In this document: piece by piece, positions 1 to 13,240 of the stretch
Numbering within the stretch: position 1 is the first letter of the stretch
How the letters are laid out: each line of letters begins with the position of its first letter
Assembly (NCBI RefSeq): GCF_018350175.1
Contig: NC_058368.1
Coordinates: 133,550,001-133,614,000 of the forward strand
Reading direction: 5' to 3'
DNA: 64,000 bases
From: Felis catus
Taxonomy: Eukaryota
Translations under genes and position numbers: made by a program
Notes under the pieces: model-generated
What the model was told of the DNA's origin: nothing
Databases searched by the model: none
Seen by the model: the letters and a program-made list of their open reading frames with translations, nothing else

Positions 1-244
1 GAGGTTCTCCACGTTGCCTGCCATCCTTTCTTTGTGCCTGTTTGTTGTTTGAGAAAGATGTGCCCATTTGTTCTTTTATCATTCTGTGGATATTTCACGA
101 GCACCTACTATGGCCAGTCGTTGTTCATGTATTAGGGTGAAACGGATAAAAATCAATCATGGTTTCTCTTTTTAACTGAGCTCCATTGCTGTGTGAATAT
201 TCACATCCATCCTAACTTCCTAAAGTCAAGAAGCCTTATTTCTT

Positions 245-450
245 GGGGCACCTGGGTGGCTCAGTTGGTTAAGTGTCTGACTCTTGGTTTTAGCTCAGGT
301 CATGATCTCACAGCTTCATGGGTTTGAGCCCCATATTGGGCTCTGTGCTGGCAGCCCAGAGACTGCTTGGAATTCTCTCTCTCCCTTCTTTCACTCATGC
401 TGTCTCTGTCTCTCTCAAAATAAATAAATAAATGCTAAAAAAAAAAAAAA
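245..450 (+). mobile_element. Can-SINE (tRNA-derived carnivore SINE)
   Basis: ggggcacctgggtggctcagttggttaag head, (CT)n region and A tail. TSD agaag(c/t)cttatttctt at ~229 and ~451. Confidence 0.95.
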
Positions 451-1184
451 AGAAGTCTTATTTCTTGGGTGTTGATAACTAGTCCAGTCCTTGTGGTGAA
501 GAAGTAAGGCAATGTAAATTTGTTCAACTGTTGGACTTTTAAAAGCATACCAATACATCAGAGTTCAAGGTTGATGTAAATTGCTCAGTGAACCTAGACT
601 GACATTGATGTCCTGATTTATGCAGATGAATACCATGTGTGTCCTGTGGACATGGTTGGATGACCATCAGTTCTTCAGACAGAGGAGCTTTGAGAAAGAG
701 GCACCAGCCCCATTTCATCTTGACAGAATTCCAACTCTTTGTTTTGTTGACCATGATCTCCATTTTGTTTACTCTTTTCTAGTTGATTTTGAGATCAGTT
801 TTTCGTAGTAGATACTGAAAAAGTCCGTTTGAACGTGCTTATGTTTCCTTCTGTGATGCTGAGAATGTTTTATGGGTTTATATGCATCCTTGGCAAGTTT
901 CTATGGAATGGGCAGAAGTAACAAGGGGTTTTATCCTGTGCTGGCCGAAAGGTACAGATGCTGGAGGGGAGGAGGTTTACTTGGGTTTATGTGGGAAATC
1001 AGGGTCACAACTTGCCCCTGGATCTCCTGACTTAATTAAAACAGCATTACCCTTGTTGCTGTTAATACATGTAAGGAGTGTGACAGAGCAGTTTAGAAGG
1101 ATGGCCAAGAAGGGACTTGCCCTTGACACAGAATTACTGATGTTTTGCCTGCCGCTTACACTGTCTTCTGTTTCACCCCCACAG

Positions 1185-1309
1185 GGCGGTACCTGCTTCC
1201 AAACCCCGTGGCAGGGCAGGCCTGGGCCACCTCGGCGGAGACGTCCAACCTCGTGCGCATGCGCAGCCAGGCCTTGGGCCAGTCTGCGCCCTCGCTCACC
1301 GCCAGCCTG
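1185..1309 (+). CDS. MAST4: Internal coding exon (125 nt) of MAST4, N-terminal region of the long isoform
   Basis: Polypyrimidine tract and acceptor ...tttcacccccacAG (1183-1184); donor CTG|gtgagt (1310). Translates (G)RYLLPNPVAGQAWATSAETSNLVRMRSQALGQSAPSLTASL, which I recognise as the MAST4 segment preceding KELSLPRRGS. GC/CpG-rich relative to its flanks. Starts in phase 1, ends in phase 0. Confidence 0.95.
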
Positions 1310-1589
1310 GTGAGTGTCCTCTGCCTCTTTATGCAGAGCATCGGGTGATACCGTCTCTCCACCTCCCTGGGGACTATTTTAAGTTTATTGACTTTAACTA
1401 GGTTTGAACTTACAACCACATTTAACGTTAAGCACAGATTTGGCAATGTGCAATATTTTGCTCTGAGTGTGCTAATTTTTTCCAAGGCTTGTCTCCATCC
1501 CTCTCGCCTAATCTGTACCGTTTGTTTCTACTCGACTGTCTCCTCTCTTCCTTCAAAAGAAATGAAAATATTTGTGAGATTTTTGTCTT

Positions 1590-2600
1590 AAATACCTTAT
1601 TTGAAAATAATTCCAAACTTACTAAAAGTTGCAAGAATATGAAAAATCAGTAGAACATGGTGGGTCTTTACCTTGATTCAGCTATTAATCTCTTGCCAAA
1701 TTTGCTTTATCATGTGCTTTTTCTCTTTCCTTGTATATATGTCGATGTAGATATATACCTATGTGTGTATATGCATATATATGTCCACACACTCAGATAA
1801 TTTTTTGAACTGTTTGGGAGTAAACTGTTTGTATTATGGCCATTTGTTATCACAGTTACGAACAGTGGCAAATTTATGGCTGCCATAAGCCTTTTATGTA
1901 TGTTCCATTCTGTATTTCAGTTTAATCAATTGGCACGATAATGTCCTGTGTGGCATTTTTCTTCAGCCTCCAGTTTAAGATTCAGTCTGGGGTCATATAT
2001 TGCATTTAATTGTCATATCTATTTAGTCTCTATCAATCTGGAAGGTTGCCACAGCCTTCCTTTGCCTTTTATGACACAGACATTTTTGAAGACTATAGTT
2101 CTCCTCCCAATGAAAAAAAAATGTAATGTTTCTCATATTACACGTGTTTGATATGTGTAATGTTTCCTCTTGGGGAAAGTCACATTTTGCATTCCAGGCC
2201 AGAATAGGACATGGGTGGTGATGTTTCCTTTCAGGGCTTGCCTCCTGCAGGCCCCTGAAGTTGGTCTGCCCTTCTTTGTGATGTTAATTTCGCCACCCCC
2301 CCTCCCCCGCCCCCATCATGGCAGTGTTTAATTTCTCCACCATAGTTTGATTTTTTCCTCTTGCAAACGATAAGCATTCTGTAGAGAGATAGATTTCAGG
2401 CCATGTGAACATATTTGGTCAAAAATTTCCCCTAGATTTCTCATCCATTGGTGACACCTGTTTGTTTGTATGTTTGTTTGTTTGTTTTTGGTAGTAATTG
2501 AAAACGGTGATTATTCCAACCTCAGCACTCGATCCGCATTTACCACTTGGCACGTGGCACCCATGTTTGTATATATGTTAGTAGTTTGGACTCCTGAATT
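1590..2600 (-). mobile_element. Ancient L1 (L1M-type) 3' fragment, degraded
   Basis: ttatttgaaaataattccaaacttactaaaagttgcaagaata resembles the reverse-complemented 3' end of old L1M elements. Boundaries approximate. Confidence 0.55.
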
Positions 2601-2636
2601 TTTTTTCCAGTTTTTTCAGTGTTCATCTTTATTTTC

Positions 2637-2865
2637 CTTTAATTTTTTTTTTTTTTTTTACTGTTTATTTTGAAGAGAGAGACAGAGACAGAGACAGAGC
2701 CTGAGCAGGGGAGGGACAAAGAGAGGGAGGGATACACAGAATCCAAAGTAGGCTCCAGGCTCTGGCTGTCAGCACAGAGTCCAACGTGGGGCTTGAACTG
2801 AATATCCGTGAGATCATGACCTGAGCCCATCAGATGCTTAACTGACTGATCTGCCTAGGTGCCCC
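2637..2865 (-). mobile_element. Can-SINE
   Basis: Poly-T, (GA)n, ends ...ctaggtgcccc. TSD tcatctttattttc at 2623 and 2866. Confidence 0.95.
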
Positions 2866-3396
2866 TCATCTTTATTTTCAATCAGAATTCTTACTAGAAT
2901 TTTTTTTTTTCTCCTGGGTGTATTACTTCTCTACTTCAACCTTTGGCACAGCCTAGAAGTCAGTACAAGTTACTTTGGCTCTAGCGGTAGAGTTGTATGG
3001 TATGGGAATAGGTTTTTAAACATGTTTTACTGATGATAATGCAAATAATAAATGAGTGCATTGTGGTGCCTTATAATCTTATGCATTGGTAATGAATAAG
3101 TTGGATATTTGAGAATCATTCAGTAATCAGGGAGATTTGATTTAGGTTGAGATTCTAGTCTTGCTTTTGCCATTAGGTAGCTGTATAAACTTGGGCAGAT
3201 CACTTAGTTTCTCAGATTTTATCAACTCAGCTGTACCTGCAAGATGAAAAGAGGTATTTAAGCAGTCTCTGGAATTCAACTTCGGGATTCCCTGATTTTG
3301 CTTCTAGAATAATAAAGATTATGAACATAGTGAATAGTTATCCCTAAAAAAGCGTCTTTCAGAAAATTTATGACTTCAAAATTGACTATGATTTTC

Positions 3397-3626
3397 TTTT
3401 TTTTTTTTTTTAATTTTTTTTTTCAACGTTTATTTATTTTGGGGACAGAGAGAGATAGAGCATGAACGGGGGAGGGGCAGAGAGAAAGGGAGACACAGAA
3501 TCGGAAACAGGCTCCAGGCTCTGAGTCATCAGCCCAGAGCCCGACTCGGGGCTCGAACTCACGGACCACGAGATCGTGACCTGGCTGAAGTCAGACGCTT
3601 AACCGACTGCGCCACCCAGGCGCCCC
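3397..3626 (-). mobile_element. Feline-type Can-SINE (SINEC_Fc-like), young
   Basis: CpG-rich copy ending ...gactgcgccacccaggcgcccc. TSD atgattttc at 3388 and 3628. Confidence 0.95.
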
Positions 3627-3849
3627 AATGATTTTCAAATCAAAGTTCATCTTTTTCCTCTCATGAAAATTTGGAGACTTATATTTAAAGGTATGTTTAC
3701 AACGATAGTAGTTAGCATTTGCCTTCATTCCATCCCCAAGTTCAATTTTAGTTTTTCTTCTTGGGCAATTATATTAAAAGCTTATTTTACTGAAAGCATT
3801 TACTTTTTAAGGAAAGAGGGAAATTCCTCAGAATTAGTTTTTAAAAAAA

Positions 3850-4071
3850 TTTTTTTTTAATGTTTATTGTTTTGAGAGAGAGAGCGAGAGCGAGCAAGCA
3901 AGCAGGGTAGGAGCAGAGAGAGAAGGAAACACAGAATCCTAAGCAGGATCCAGGCTCCGAGCTGTCAGCACAGCGCCCAACTCAAATCCACAGGGCTCTA
4001 ATCCACAAACCGCAAGATTGTGACCTGAGCTGAAGTTGGACGCTTAACCAACTGAGCCACCCAGGTGCCCC
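3850..4071 (-). mobile_element. Can-SINE
   Basis: Poly-T, (GA)n, ends ...ctgagccacccaggtgcccc. Confidence 0.93.
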
Positions 4072-5269
4072 GGTGATTTTTTTTTTTTTTTTAAACAGAA
4101 GTGTTTTTTGGTCACTGCAATATTACTCTTAACACTTAGATAGTAATCCTGTATGTTTATTGCCAAGTAAATTATTCTGATTAAAAAGCACTGTTAAAGG
4201 GAATATATCTTACGTAATACTGGTAGTCACATAGTCAGAAACAGAAATTGATTGATTCATTCTTAAAACACACGTCAGGTGACCTAAGGCTTGGGAATAA
4301 GATAAAAAGATAAAGAGAGCTATTAATAGAAAATACAAAAGAGTACTCTCTAAAATCTGTCTGATGAGATTCTTAGCAAAGTGTCATTAAATTACTGGCT
4401 TATCTGCCCTGCAAGTTTTTCCACTGTTTGCTTGAGAGCAAAACTAGAAAAAGTGCTAACATACCATCAAGAGCAAACTTAAAATAGTACCTGGCACATA
4501 ACAAGTCTCAAATGTTAGCAGTGTAATTACTTCTGTTGCTAACCTATTATGGGGAAGCTTGAGTACAGAAGCCAGACTATGGTTAACCATTTATGCCGGA
4601 CAGTGAAAGTTTAAAATGTAACTCTCATCATATCTTTCCTTTAGAGGTTTCACTGCTTCCTGATTATAGTTTGAGGAAAACTGTTTGCGGGCTGTTTGAC
4701 CAAGTCATCTCGCCTTGCGCCCGCCCTCCTGTTCCATTGTCGAAAGAGCAGTGGCAGCTGGAGGAGAGCTGCCAGGCAGAGTACCATCTTATTTTCCTCA
4801 TAGTTCTGCGATCTGCCCACGTTTCTGGCCATATTGCTGATTTTGGTATGTCAGTCCAGGTTAATGACTTTTTCAGCTTTGGATACCTTTTGCAGAACCA
4901 TTACGGCTAATCTGTTTGCTATTTCTTGGATTGGATGACATCTAAATTATCTTCCTGATTACAACTATCTATCTCTGTGGTGATAGAGAATGATGCTCTG
5001 GAGGTGGAAATGTCCACTTACTAGAACTTACTTTTCCCTTTTTCCTTTTTTCCCTTTTCCTTCTCAAAAAGCTATGTTTAGCGTGGTGCACTGAACAGTA
5101 CAATGTGCTTCACCTTGACCCTCTTTCCAGGCCACTATCCTCAATCCCCTTGCCACCTCCCTCCCTGCTCCCCCATCTCAGAGCCCCCCCCCCCATCTCA
5201 GGGCTATAAATCACCCTTTCTCCTGACTCGTGTTTACCATTGTGCACCATCGGTTTTAGCTCTTTGTGT

Positions 5270-5400
5270 TGGTCCCTGATACCCGCTGCTAGACTGCAGG
5301 CTCCTTGAGGGCAGAATTCCTGTCTCCTCTGAATCTGGACCTCACTGCTCCTGGCACAACTCCTTGCACGTGGGAAGCATTCAGTAAATATGGCTGATGG
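5270..5400 (-). mobile_element. L2 3' fragment
   Basis: ctagactgcaggctccttgagggcag...ctggcaca...ttcagtaaat is typical of an L2 3' end. Strand is tentative. Confidence 0.55.
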
Positions 5401-7017
5401 AACGAATAATTATTCCCACAAAGTGACAGATGGCTTTAGTTGCAAGGCAAGAGTGATGTTGCAATGCTGTGTGCTGGAATGGGTGGCCTAATAAGACCGT
5501 CCATCTAAATACCTCTTTGTTTTTGTTGTTCTGTGTGTTACATTTGCCATTAGCCTTGAAGTCCATGTAATGAGCCAAATTCCATGTAGTTTCACACCAG
5601 CCACTCAAAAAATAGGGTGACCCAGTTCATCAAGAGAGGATCACTGTCCACATTCAAGAAAATGTGGTTAATATGCTTGTAAGGAGACCTGATATGGTCC
5701 CGTTGATTTCACTGTTTTGTGGGTCCGTGGAAGAAGTAAGTTGAAGCAATGTGTGTCGTCAAGTGTGGAAAAATTGGAAAAACTGGAATCCAAGTGATTT
5801 ATGTCCAAATGACAGCACTGCACTTGATAAAACAGAATTTCCTGTTCAACACAACAATAAACATTTCTGAAAAGTACAGACTCTCAACCTGAGAGGTATT
5901 GATATGTTAGTAAGATATAAATGAAGGCCTCATGGTTTGGTAGGTATGAATTTTAGTAAATGCATGACCTATAGTGATTTAAATGCCATAGGCACGCTTG
6001 AGGGTAATGCTAACTACCTTCTCAAGGAGGAGATTAATTCCTAGCCTGAAGTATCTAGTTTTCCTTGGCAATGCTAAATGTAGTTGTGCTCCCTCTCCCA
6101 GACACATTGGGCATTTCAGATAAATGGCACGTTGCCAATTCATCCTAAGTAGCCTGGTAGCTGGCAGGGTACATGCTTAGCCAGTGTCCGCCTGCTGGGA
6201 CACCAGCCGGGAGTGCTGATGAAGTGTCAGATGTATACTTCATATACATTAATCTGAAGAGGGGAAAACTCATTTCCCCATTTGCTTCTTCCATCTTTCT
6301 GTCCCTCCCCACACACATGGGTAGTTTATCAAAGAAGTCAGAGTTGTCAAAAGCAGGGGGATTTATACAGATGCTGCTTTCTGGCAAGAAAGATGGAAAT
6401 TTCAAGAGACAAAAGCAGGACCAGTGGTAACTTATTTTTCTGTAGGAAAATAAGGTTGTAAGCCTTGGTGATTACAGTTTAAAAATAATATATGTGGCCC
6501 TCAAATGAAATCCTCACTTCTTTTGTACTTTGGAGTAATGGACAGATGGTAGAAACATGGTAAAAACTAGTTTACAGTGTTTTTCCCCTGTTTTCTGTTT
6601 GATTTGAATCTTGAGCCTCCTCTGCTCATGCCCGTAATACATCTTCTCTTGTTGAGGTCTTCCTTGGCCATGTTGTTTGAAACAGTTCCCCCACATTGCA
6701 TGCTGGACACTCTGATTTACTCCTTAGCTTTATCCCCATTCGGTATGCTACAGATTGGCTTATCTTATTACATATCTGTTAACTACTCTAATGAAAAATT
6801 AATGAGAGTAAAGAGATTTTCTGTTTTCCCAGCTGTCTTCCCAGGACGTAGAATAGTGCTGGCACATAGTAGGTACCCACTGAGGACTTGAAGAATGCAG
6901 AAGCGAAAATATTTCCTTTCTGTATGTTTTCAATGCCCTAGAATGGGTTGTTGGTTTTTTTGTTTGTTTGTTTGTGTGCTCATTTTTAATCTGTGATAAA
7001 CTTTTTAGGCTTATGTA

Positions 7018-7234
7018 TTTTTTTGTATTTATTTATTAAGCTTAAAAAAATGTTTATTTATTTTGAGAGAGGGGGTGGGGAAGGTCAGAGAGAGAGGACA
7101 GAGGGAATTCCAAGCAGGCTCTGTGCTGTCAGTGCACAGCCCGATGCAGGGCTTGAACCCATGAACTGTGAGATCATGACCTGAGCTGAATCCAAGAGTT
7201 GGACGCTCAACGGACTGAGCCACCCAGGTGCCCC
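7018..7234 (-). mobile_element. Can-SINE
   Basis: Ends ...gagatcatgacctgagctgaa...ctgagccacccaggtgcccc. Confidence 0.93.
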
Positions 7235-7354
7235 AGGTTTATATTGTTTAGCCTAATCAAGAAGCTCTTCAAGCCAGAGAGCAGTTAACCATGGAAAGTA
7301 CATTCAGGAAGTAGACCTTAGTGGTTAAGGTGGAAAAAGGGAATGAGGGGGGAA

Positions 7355-7530
7355 AGCAGAGTGGTTAAGAGATCGTCTCCACTCTCTAGTCCTTAATAGC
7401 TGTGTAAGCCTTGGTTTCGTCATCTGTGAAGAGAGGCTAATGGTTGTAACCTCCTCAGGTTATTGTGAGGATTACATGAGCCAACTCATGGGCAGTCCTT
7501 TGTCTGGTGCCTGTCACTTAGGAAATGCTG
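7355..7530. mobile_element. MIR fragment
   Basis: MIR core: ttggtttcgtcatctgtgaa...ggttattgtgaggatta. Confidence 0.6.
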
Positions 7531-10500
7531 ATGTTGGTCTCCCTGGGGTTTATCAGAAAGATGGTTCCTTGGGGTTGTCAGGCTTAGATGAGTGGTATTA
7601 TCAGCAAGGAGGGAAATGAGCCCTTTCTCTCAGATCACCTGATAATGAGCCATAGTGTGACCTTTTTGTCCCTCTTGCAGGTTGGTGAACGAGCTTGTTT
7701 CTTTCTTGCTCATTTTCACTTAGTATTCATCAACACGACAACCTGGGAGAAGATACTTGCTAGAGTAGCTAACGGTTTTGAAAGAGGGAAGTGCTTTCAA
7801 ATAATGCTCTTCAGCTCTTACTGTTAGGTTCAGTGGTATAATTTTATGTTTCTTCAGTGGCCCTTTTTTTGACATAGTATCCATTTCTTTTAATGAAAAA
7901 ATTACATTTCATGATGTACTATGAATATTAAGACAAAACTATTTAAACTGTAATAGATTCAAAGAGGGTTGATGAATATTCATCTTTTCCATTTGCAAAA
8001 ATGCATTATGAAGAGTCAGGGAAAATTCACTAAATGTATGCAAAAGTGCATTTTTCCTTTTTAATTCATTCACAATGCACTGGCATAATGTCAGCATTTA
8101 TTTAGAGTACGGACTTTATTTGCAGTCATTTAATATTATATCAATACTTCATTAGCCTTATAGCTCAAAAACAAAAACCTGAGCTGAAGTCCAATTAGTT
8201 AACTCCGAGAGAGGATCTGTTAAATATTGATGGAGGAACAATTTGAATGCCCTTGGATAGATTGCTTAACAAAAGTTGTAGAATACAACTATGAGTTAGC
8301 ATTTCTCCTTACCCACTGTGACTCAATAATTTAAAGGCTGCATAATACTTGAATGTGTGGTTTTCTCAAAATTTCTCCCTTTAGGTTATTTCCAAGTTTT
8401 TCCTATTGCAGATAATGGTGCTGAACAGGCTTTTAATAAGTCCTGGTTCACCTCTAATTACGTTTCCAGGGTAACTTCTTGGAGTAGAATCGCTGTGGCA
8501 AAGGATGTGAGCATTATGAAAGTTCTCTGTACTTCTGCTAAATATTGTTTCTATGAACACTGTCCAGATTTATGCATACATATATTGAGGAAGTGCATTT
8601 CACTACACCCTGGCCAGCAGTCAACATTGTCGTGTTAAAAAAAAAAAAAAAAAAAAAAGAACTTCGCTTGTTTATTTGAAAAATAGCTATTGTAAATTTG
8701 TCAGGTTTTTAGTGAAGTTGATAAGGTTATTTGGCATGTTGAACTCTTACATCAAAGCCTCTGGATAAAGCAAATGTGAAGTTAGGCTTATCCTTGCTTC
8801 TTCCTGTTACTTCCTTCCATTCCCTAAATCAGCTTACCATACCAACTGTTGGTAACCTGTGTTGCTCTTGGGATATAAGAACTCCTGAGTGTGATTACAG
8901 TGTATGTGGCTGAAGGCATTATTCCATAGTTCAGAATTTTTTTCATCTGGAAAGTAGTAATCTCAATTGTGAAATAGTGCCTTCAGCTGTGGACATTATA
9001 ATCAGAGTCTCAAGAGTGCTTATATTCCAGGAGTAATACATCTCCGAGTTATTACCCTCTGAGCTAGGTTCTGTTTATAGTGAAGGGATGAATTTTCATA
9101 ACTCAGTGCTGAAATAGCAGTAGGGAGCCCTGAGCAGATTATTATAGGTCAGGCCTAATCCATGAAGATAAATCTCATTATAGGCTCACCTGGGCCCATC
9201 CACAGAGTGGCTGGTTTAACAGGACTCTATAAATCAAAGATCAGATTAAAATTGAACTATAAAATCCTTGTTATAATCCAACTCCTGTCCCCGTGAAGAG
9301 ATACTCTGAACGTGTCTCCTTACTCTAAACGTGCTGGGGTTCTCTGAGAATAATTAGCAGAAAAACATATATTGAGTGTGTTGTGATTCAGTCTATTAAT
9401 GAGTGAAAAACTACTTATTTTGTCAGGTGGGGAGGCAGGGTTTTTTTTTTTTTTTTCTAAAATGAAATTGCAGCCAGAAGTAGGCACTTGAAACTTCTCC
9501 TCTTAGTTTTCTCTTCCTTACATTTGCAAAGATTAAAAAATAGCCATGACTTTGTGTGTATGTTATCCTTCCTGGGAAGGACGGGATGGATGCCTGCAGA
9601 AGCGCCTCTCTATGTGGGTGTGACTGGACAGACTGGTCAAGTGTGGACTTCCTGTTATCAAAGTCATTTGAGTGGCAGTGTGATGAATAGTGCCCATAAA
9701 TATCTTGTGGGATTTCAAGAATCAGAAGGCGTGCCCTGTTTTAATTACTTAACATCATACAGGGGATTTAAATGAATTTATAACAGTAATACCATGTAAA
9801 TGTTTAGATATCATTGTGTGTGTATGTTAAAGCTTAGGTTTCATTTATTACCCACTTACCCAACTAGTATACCTGTTTAGGAGCTAGTTAACCTGTTCAT
9901 TATGAGATGATCCAGAGAATGCCAAGTCTTGGCATCTCAGCTCTCTTCTCTGCGCTGTAATTTTTAGCACCAAGGGCACTGCCTTATATATATTTAGTGC
10001 TTAGATGATAGTTGTTTATTCATAAATGTTTAGGTCCGTAATTGTAAGAATTGAGAGTTTTCCAAAGCTCCTGTAGTTCTGCTTCCTGGAGCCTGGACTA
10101 GTTGAATTGCTAGGCTCTCAATGATTTGAATGGGTCCTGTGTCTTGGGAAATGACTGAGATAGAGGTGGTGAAGCAGTTCTGGCTGCCATCATGGAAGTG
10201 TCCGTTGGTACACTGGTGGATAGATGCTGCTCTGGTGAAGTCCTGGTGTGACACAGCTTGTGCTCTTGATCTCCTGATAAAATATCAGCCCCTGACATTG
10301 CTGTCTCATTGCCTCATTGTCACAAAGATTCTGCAACCCTGGAAAAACCCCAACAAGCTCATAGCAATTAGACAGTGGTTTCTGAGAGAGAAGGTATTGG
10401 GATGTAACATTTCCTTTCTTGGGAAAAAATGTAAAGTTATCATTTTACTTAATAGACTTCTTAGGAGACTTTGGTTATTGGGGCTCTGGAAAAGCTTGCA

Positions 10501-10714
10501 TGTCTTGATACTTTTCCTGCTGTATTTTTTAGATATATTTTGGTGGTTAGTGGAATGAGTGGTATTGGTGAATACATTTATTTTTTGTTCATTGACACCT
10601 GAAGTATCAATCTAGTGTTGGATTCCAAATCTGTGGTATTTTGTTATGCTCATTTATCAGTTAATTGACTATTAATGGAGTTCTTATTGTACAATTGGTA
10701 TTAAAACCTACATA

Positions 10715-13240
10715 AAAAAAAAAAAAGGAGAGAAGAGGAAGGAAAGCTTCCAAATACTTCTATGAGGCCAGCATTACCCTGATACGAAAACAGGCAAAGA
10801 CACCACAGAAAAATAAAACTATAGGCCAATATCCCCAATGAACATAGATGTAAAAACGTTCAAAACATAGCAAACAACATTCAGCAATACGTTAAAAGGA
10901 TTATCACCATGATCAAATGGGATTTGTTCCTGGGATGCAAGGATGGTTGAATATTTGCAAATCAATCACTATGATACAGTACCTCAACAAAACAAAGGAT
11001 AAAAAGTAAATGATCATCTTGACAGATGTAGCAAAAGCATTCAACCAAATTCGACCTCCCTTTATGGTAAAACCTTTCAACAAAGTGGGCTTAAAGGAAA
11101 CATACTTGAACACAATGAAGGCCATGTGTGAAAAACTCACAGCTAACATCATACTCAGTGGTGAAAAACTGAGACCTTTTCCCATAAGGTCAGGAAGAAG
11201 ACAAGGATATCTACTCTCACCACTTTTATTATATATAGTACCAGAAGTCCTAGCTACAACAAGCAGACAGGAAAAAGAAATGAGGCATCCATATTAGTAA
11301 GGAAGAAGGTAGCTGTCATTATTTGCGCATGACATGATAATGCACACAAAAAATTCTGAAGACTTCACCAAAAAACTGTTAGAAGAAATAAATGAGTTCA
11401 GCAAAGTTGCAGGGTACAAAATTAATGCCCGGATATTGGTAGAATTTCTATACACTAATAACAGAATAGCAGAAAGGGGAATTGAGAAAACAATGCTATT
11501 TACAGTTGCACCAAAAAGAACAGCATACCTAGGAATAAACTTAACCATAGAGGTAAAAACCATAAAATATTGATAAAAGAAATTGAAGACAAACAAATGG
11601 AAAGATACTTCACGGATTGGAAGAAATAATATTGTTAAAATGTCTGTACTCTCCAAAGCAATCTACAGATACAACACAATCCCTGTGAAAATACCAACAG
11701 CACATTTCATAGTACTAGAACAAATCACAGTAACATTTGAGTAGGACCACAAAATACCCCACACAACCAAAGCAGTCTTGAGAAAGAAGAACAAAACTGG
11801 AGATGTCACAATTTCAGATTTCAAGATACACTACAAAGCTGTAGTAATCAAAACCATATGGTACTGGCACACAAATGGACACAGAGATGAGTTTAACAGT
11901 ATAAAAAGCCCAGAAATAAACCCATAATTATATGGTCAATTCATCTCAGACAAGAGAGGTAAAAATTTATAATGGGGAAGACAGTCTCTTCAACAAATGG
12001 TGCTGAGAAATTTGCACCACTTTCTAACATCATACACAAAAATAAACTCAACATGAGTTACAGACCTAAATGTGAGGCCCCACACTGTAAAAATTCTGGA
12101 AGAGAACACATGTAGTCATGTCGCTGACCTGGGCAATAGCAACATTTTTCTTGATTTGTCTCCTGAGGCAAGGGAAACAAAAGCAGAAACAAACCATTGG
12201 GACTCTGTCAAAATAAAAAGGTTTTGTACAATGAAGGAAATCATTGGCAAAACTAAAAGGCAGCCTGTTGAATGTGAAAAGATATTTGCAAAGGACTTAT
12301 CTAATAAATGGTTAATATCCAAGATCCCTAAAGAACTTAACAACTCAACACCAACAAAACACAAATAATGTGATTAAAAATGAGCAGGGGGTCTGAATAG
12401 ACATTTTTCCAAAGAAGATGTACAGATGGCCAACAGACAGATGAAAACATGCTCAATATCATCACTAATCATTAGGGAAATGCAAATCAAAACCACATGA
12501 GATATCACCTTATACCTGACAGAACGGTTAAAATCAAAAGCACAAAAAACCCACAAAATATTGGTGAGGATGTGAAGAAAAAGGAACCCTCCTGCGCTGT
12601 TGGTAGGAATGTAAATTGGTATGGCCACTGTGGAGAACCATACGGAGGTTCCTCAAAAAATTAAAAACAGAAATACCCTATGATTCATTAATTCCACTAC
12701 TGGATATTTATTCAAAGGAAACAAAAGCACCAATACAAAAAGATATATGCACCCCAATGTTTATTGCAGCATTATTTACAATAGCCAAGATATGGAAGCA
12801 ACCCAAATGTCCATTACTAGATGAATGGGTAAAGGAGACGTGGTGTCCACACACAAACACATACATAAGCGTGCGTGTGCACACACATAGTGGAGTATTA
12901 CTCAGCCAAAAAAGGGATGACATCTTTCCATTTGTGACAGTGTGGATGCAGCTAGAGGGCATTATGCAAAGTGAAATAGAAGGAAGGGGATGGCAGGATG
13001 GGCAACATGGGTGAAGGAGATCCAGGCTTCCAGTTATGGAACGAATAAGTCATGTAAATAAAAGGCACAGCATATAGTTGATATTATAATTGATAACAGT
13101 GTAATAGTATTTTGTGGCGACAGATGGTTGCTACACTTGTGGTGAGCATAGCAAAATGTATTGAGAAGTTGAATCACTATGTTGTACACCTGAAGCTAAG
13201 GTGAAATTGTTTGTCAACTGTACTGAAATAAATAAATAAA
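10715..13240 (+). mobile_element. 5'-truncated, inactivated carnivore L1 (RT and C-terminal half of ORF2 plus 3' UTR), sense to MAST4
   Basis: Fragmented ORF2 peptides (PTANIILSGEKL-like, GYKIN, CTPMFIAALFTIAKIWKQPKCP) with frameshifts and stops. The RT FADD motif is mutated to FAHD (11322-11333). 3' UTR ends in aaataaataaataaaa. Possible TSD taaaac(c/g)tac. Confidence 0.95.

Noticed and set aside
245..330. tRNA-like A/B box sequences
   Set aside because: These are Can-SINE heads, not tRNA genes.
882..1313. 143-aa ORF, plus the antisense 109-aa ORF at 1156-1485, overlapping the exon
   Set aside because: Alternative frames across a GC-rich exon; the true frame is defined by the splice sites and the MAST4 peptide.
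1374..1383. Additional CTATTTTTAA MEF2-like motifs here and near 20557
   Set aside because: Common by chance in AT-rich DNA and lacking supporting context.
10913..13014. Several 80-130 aa ORFs resembling reverse transcriptase
   Set aside because: Broken pieces of L1 ORF2 with a mutated catalytic motif; not a host gene or an active element.
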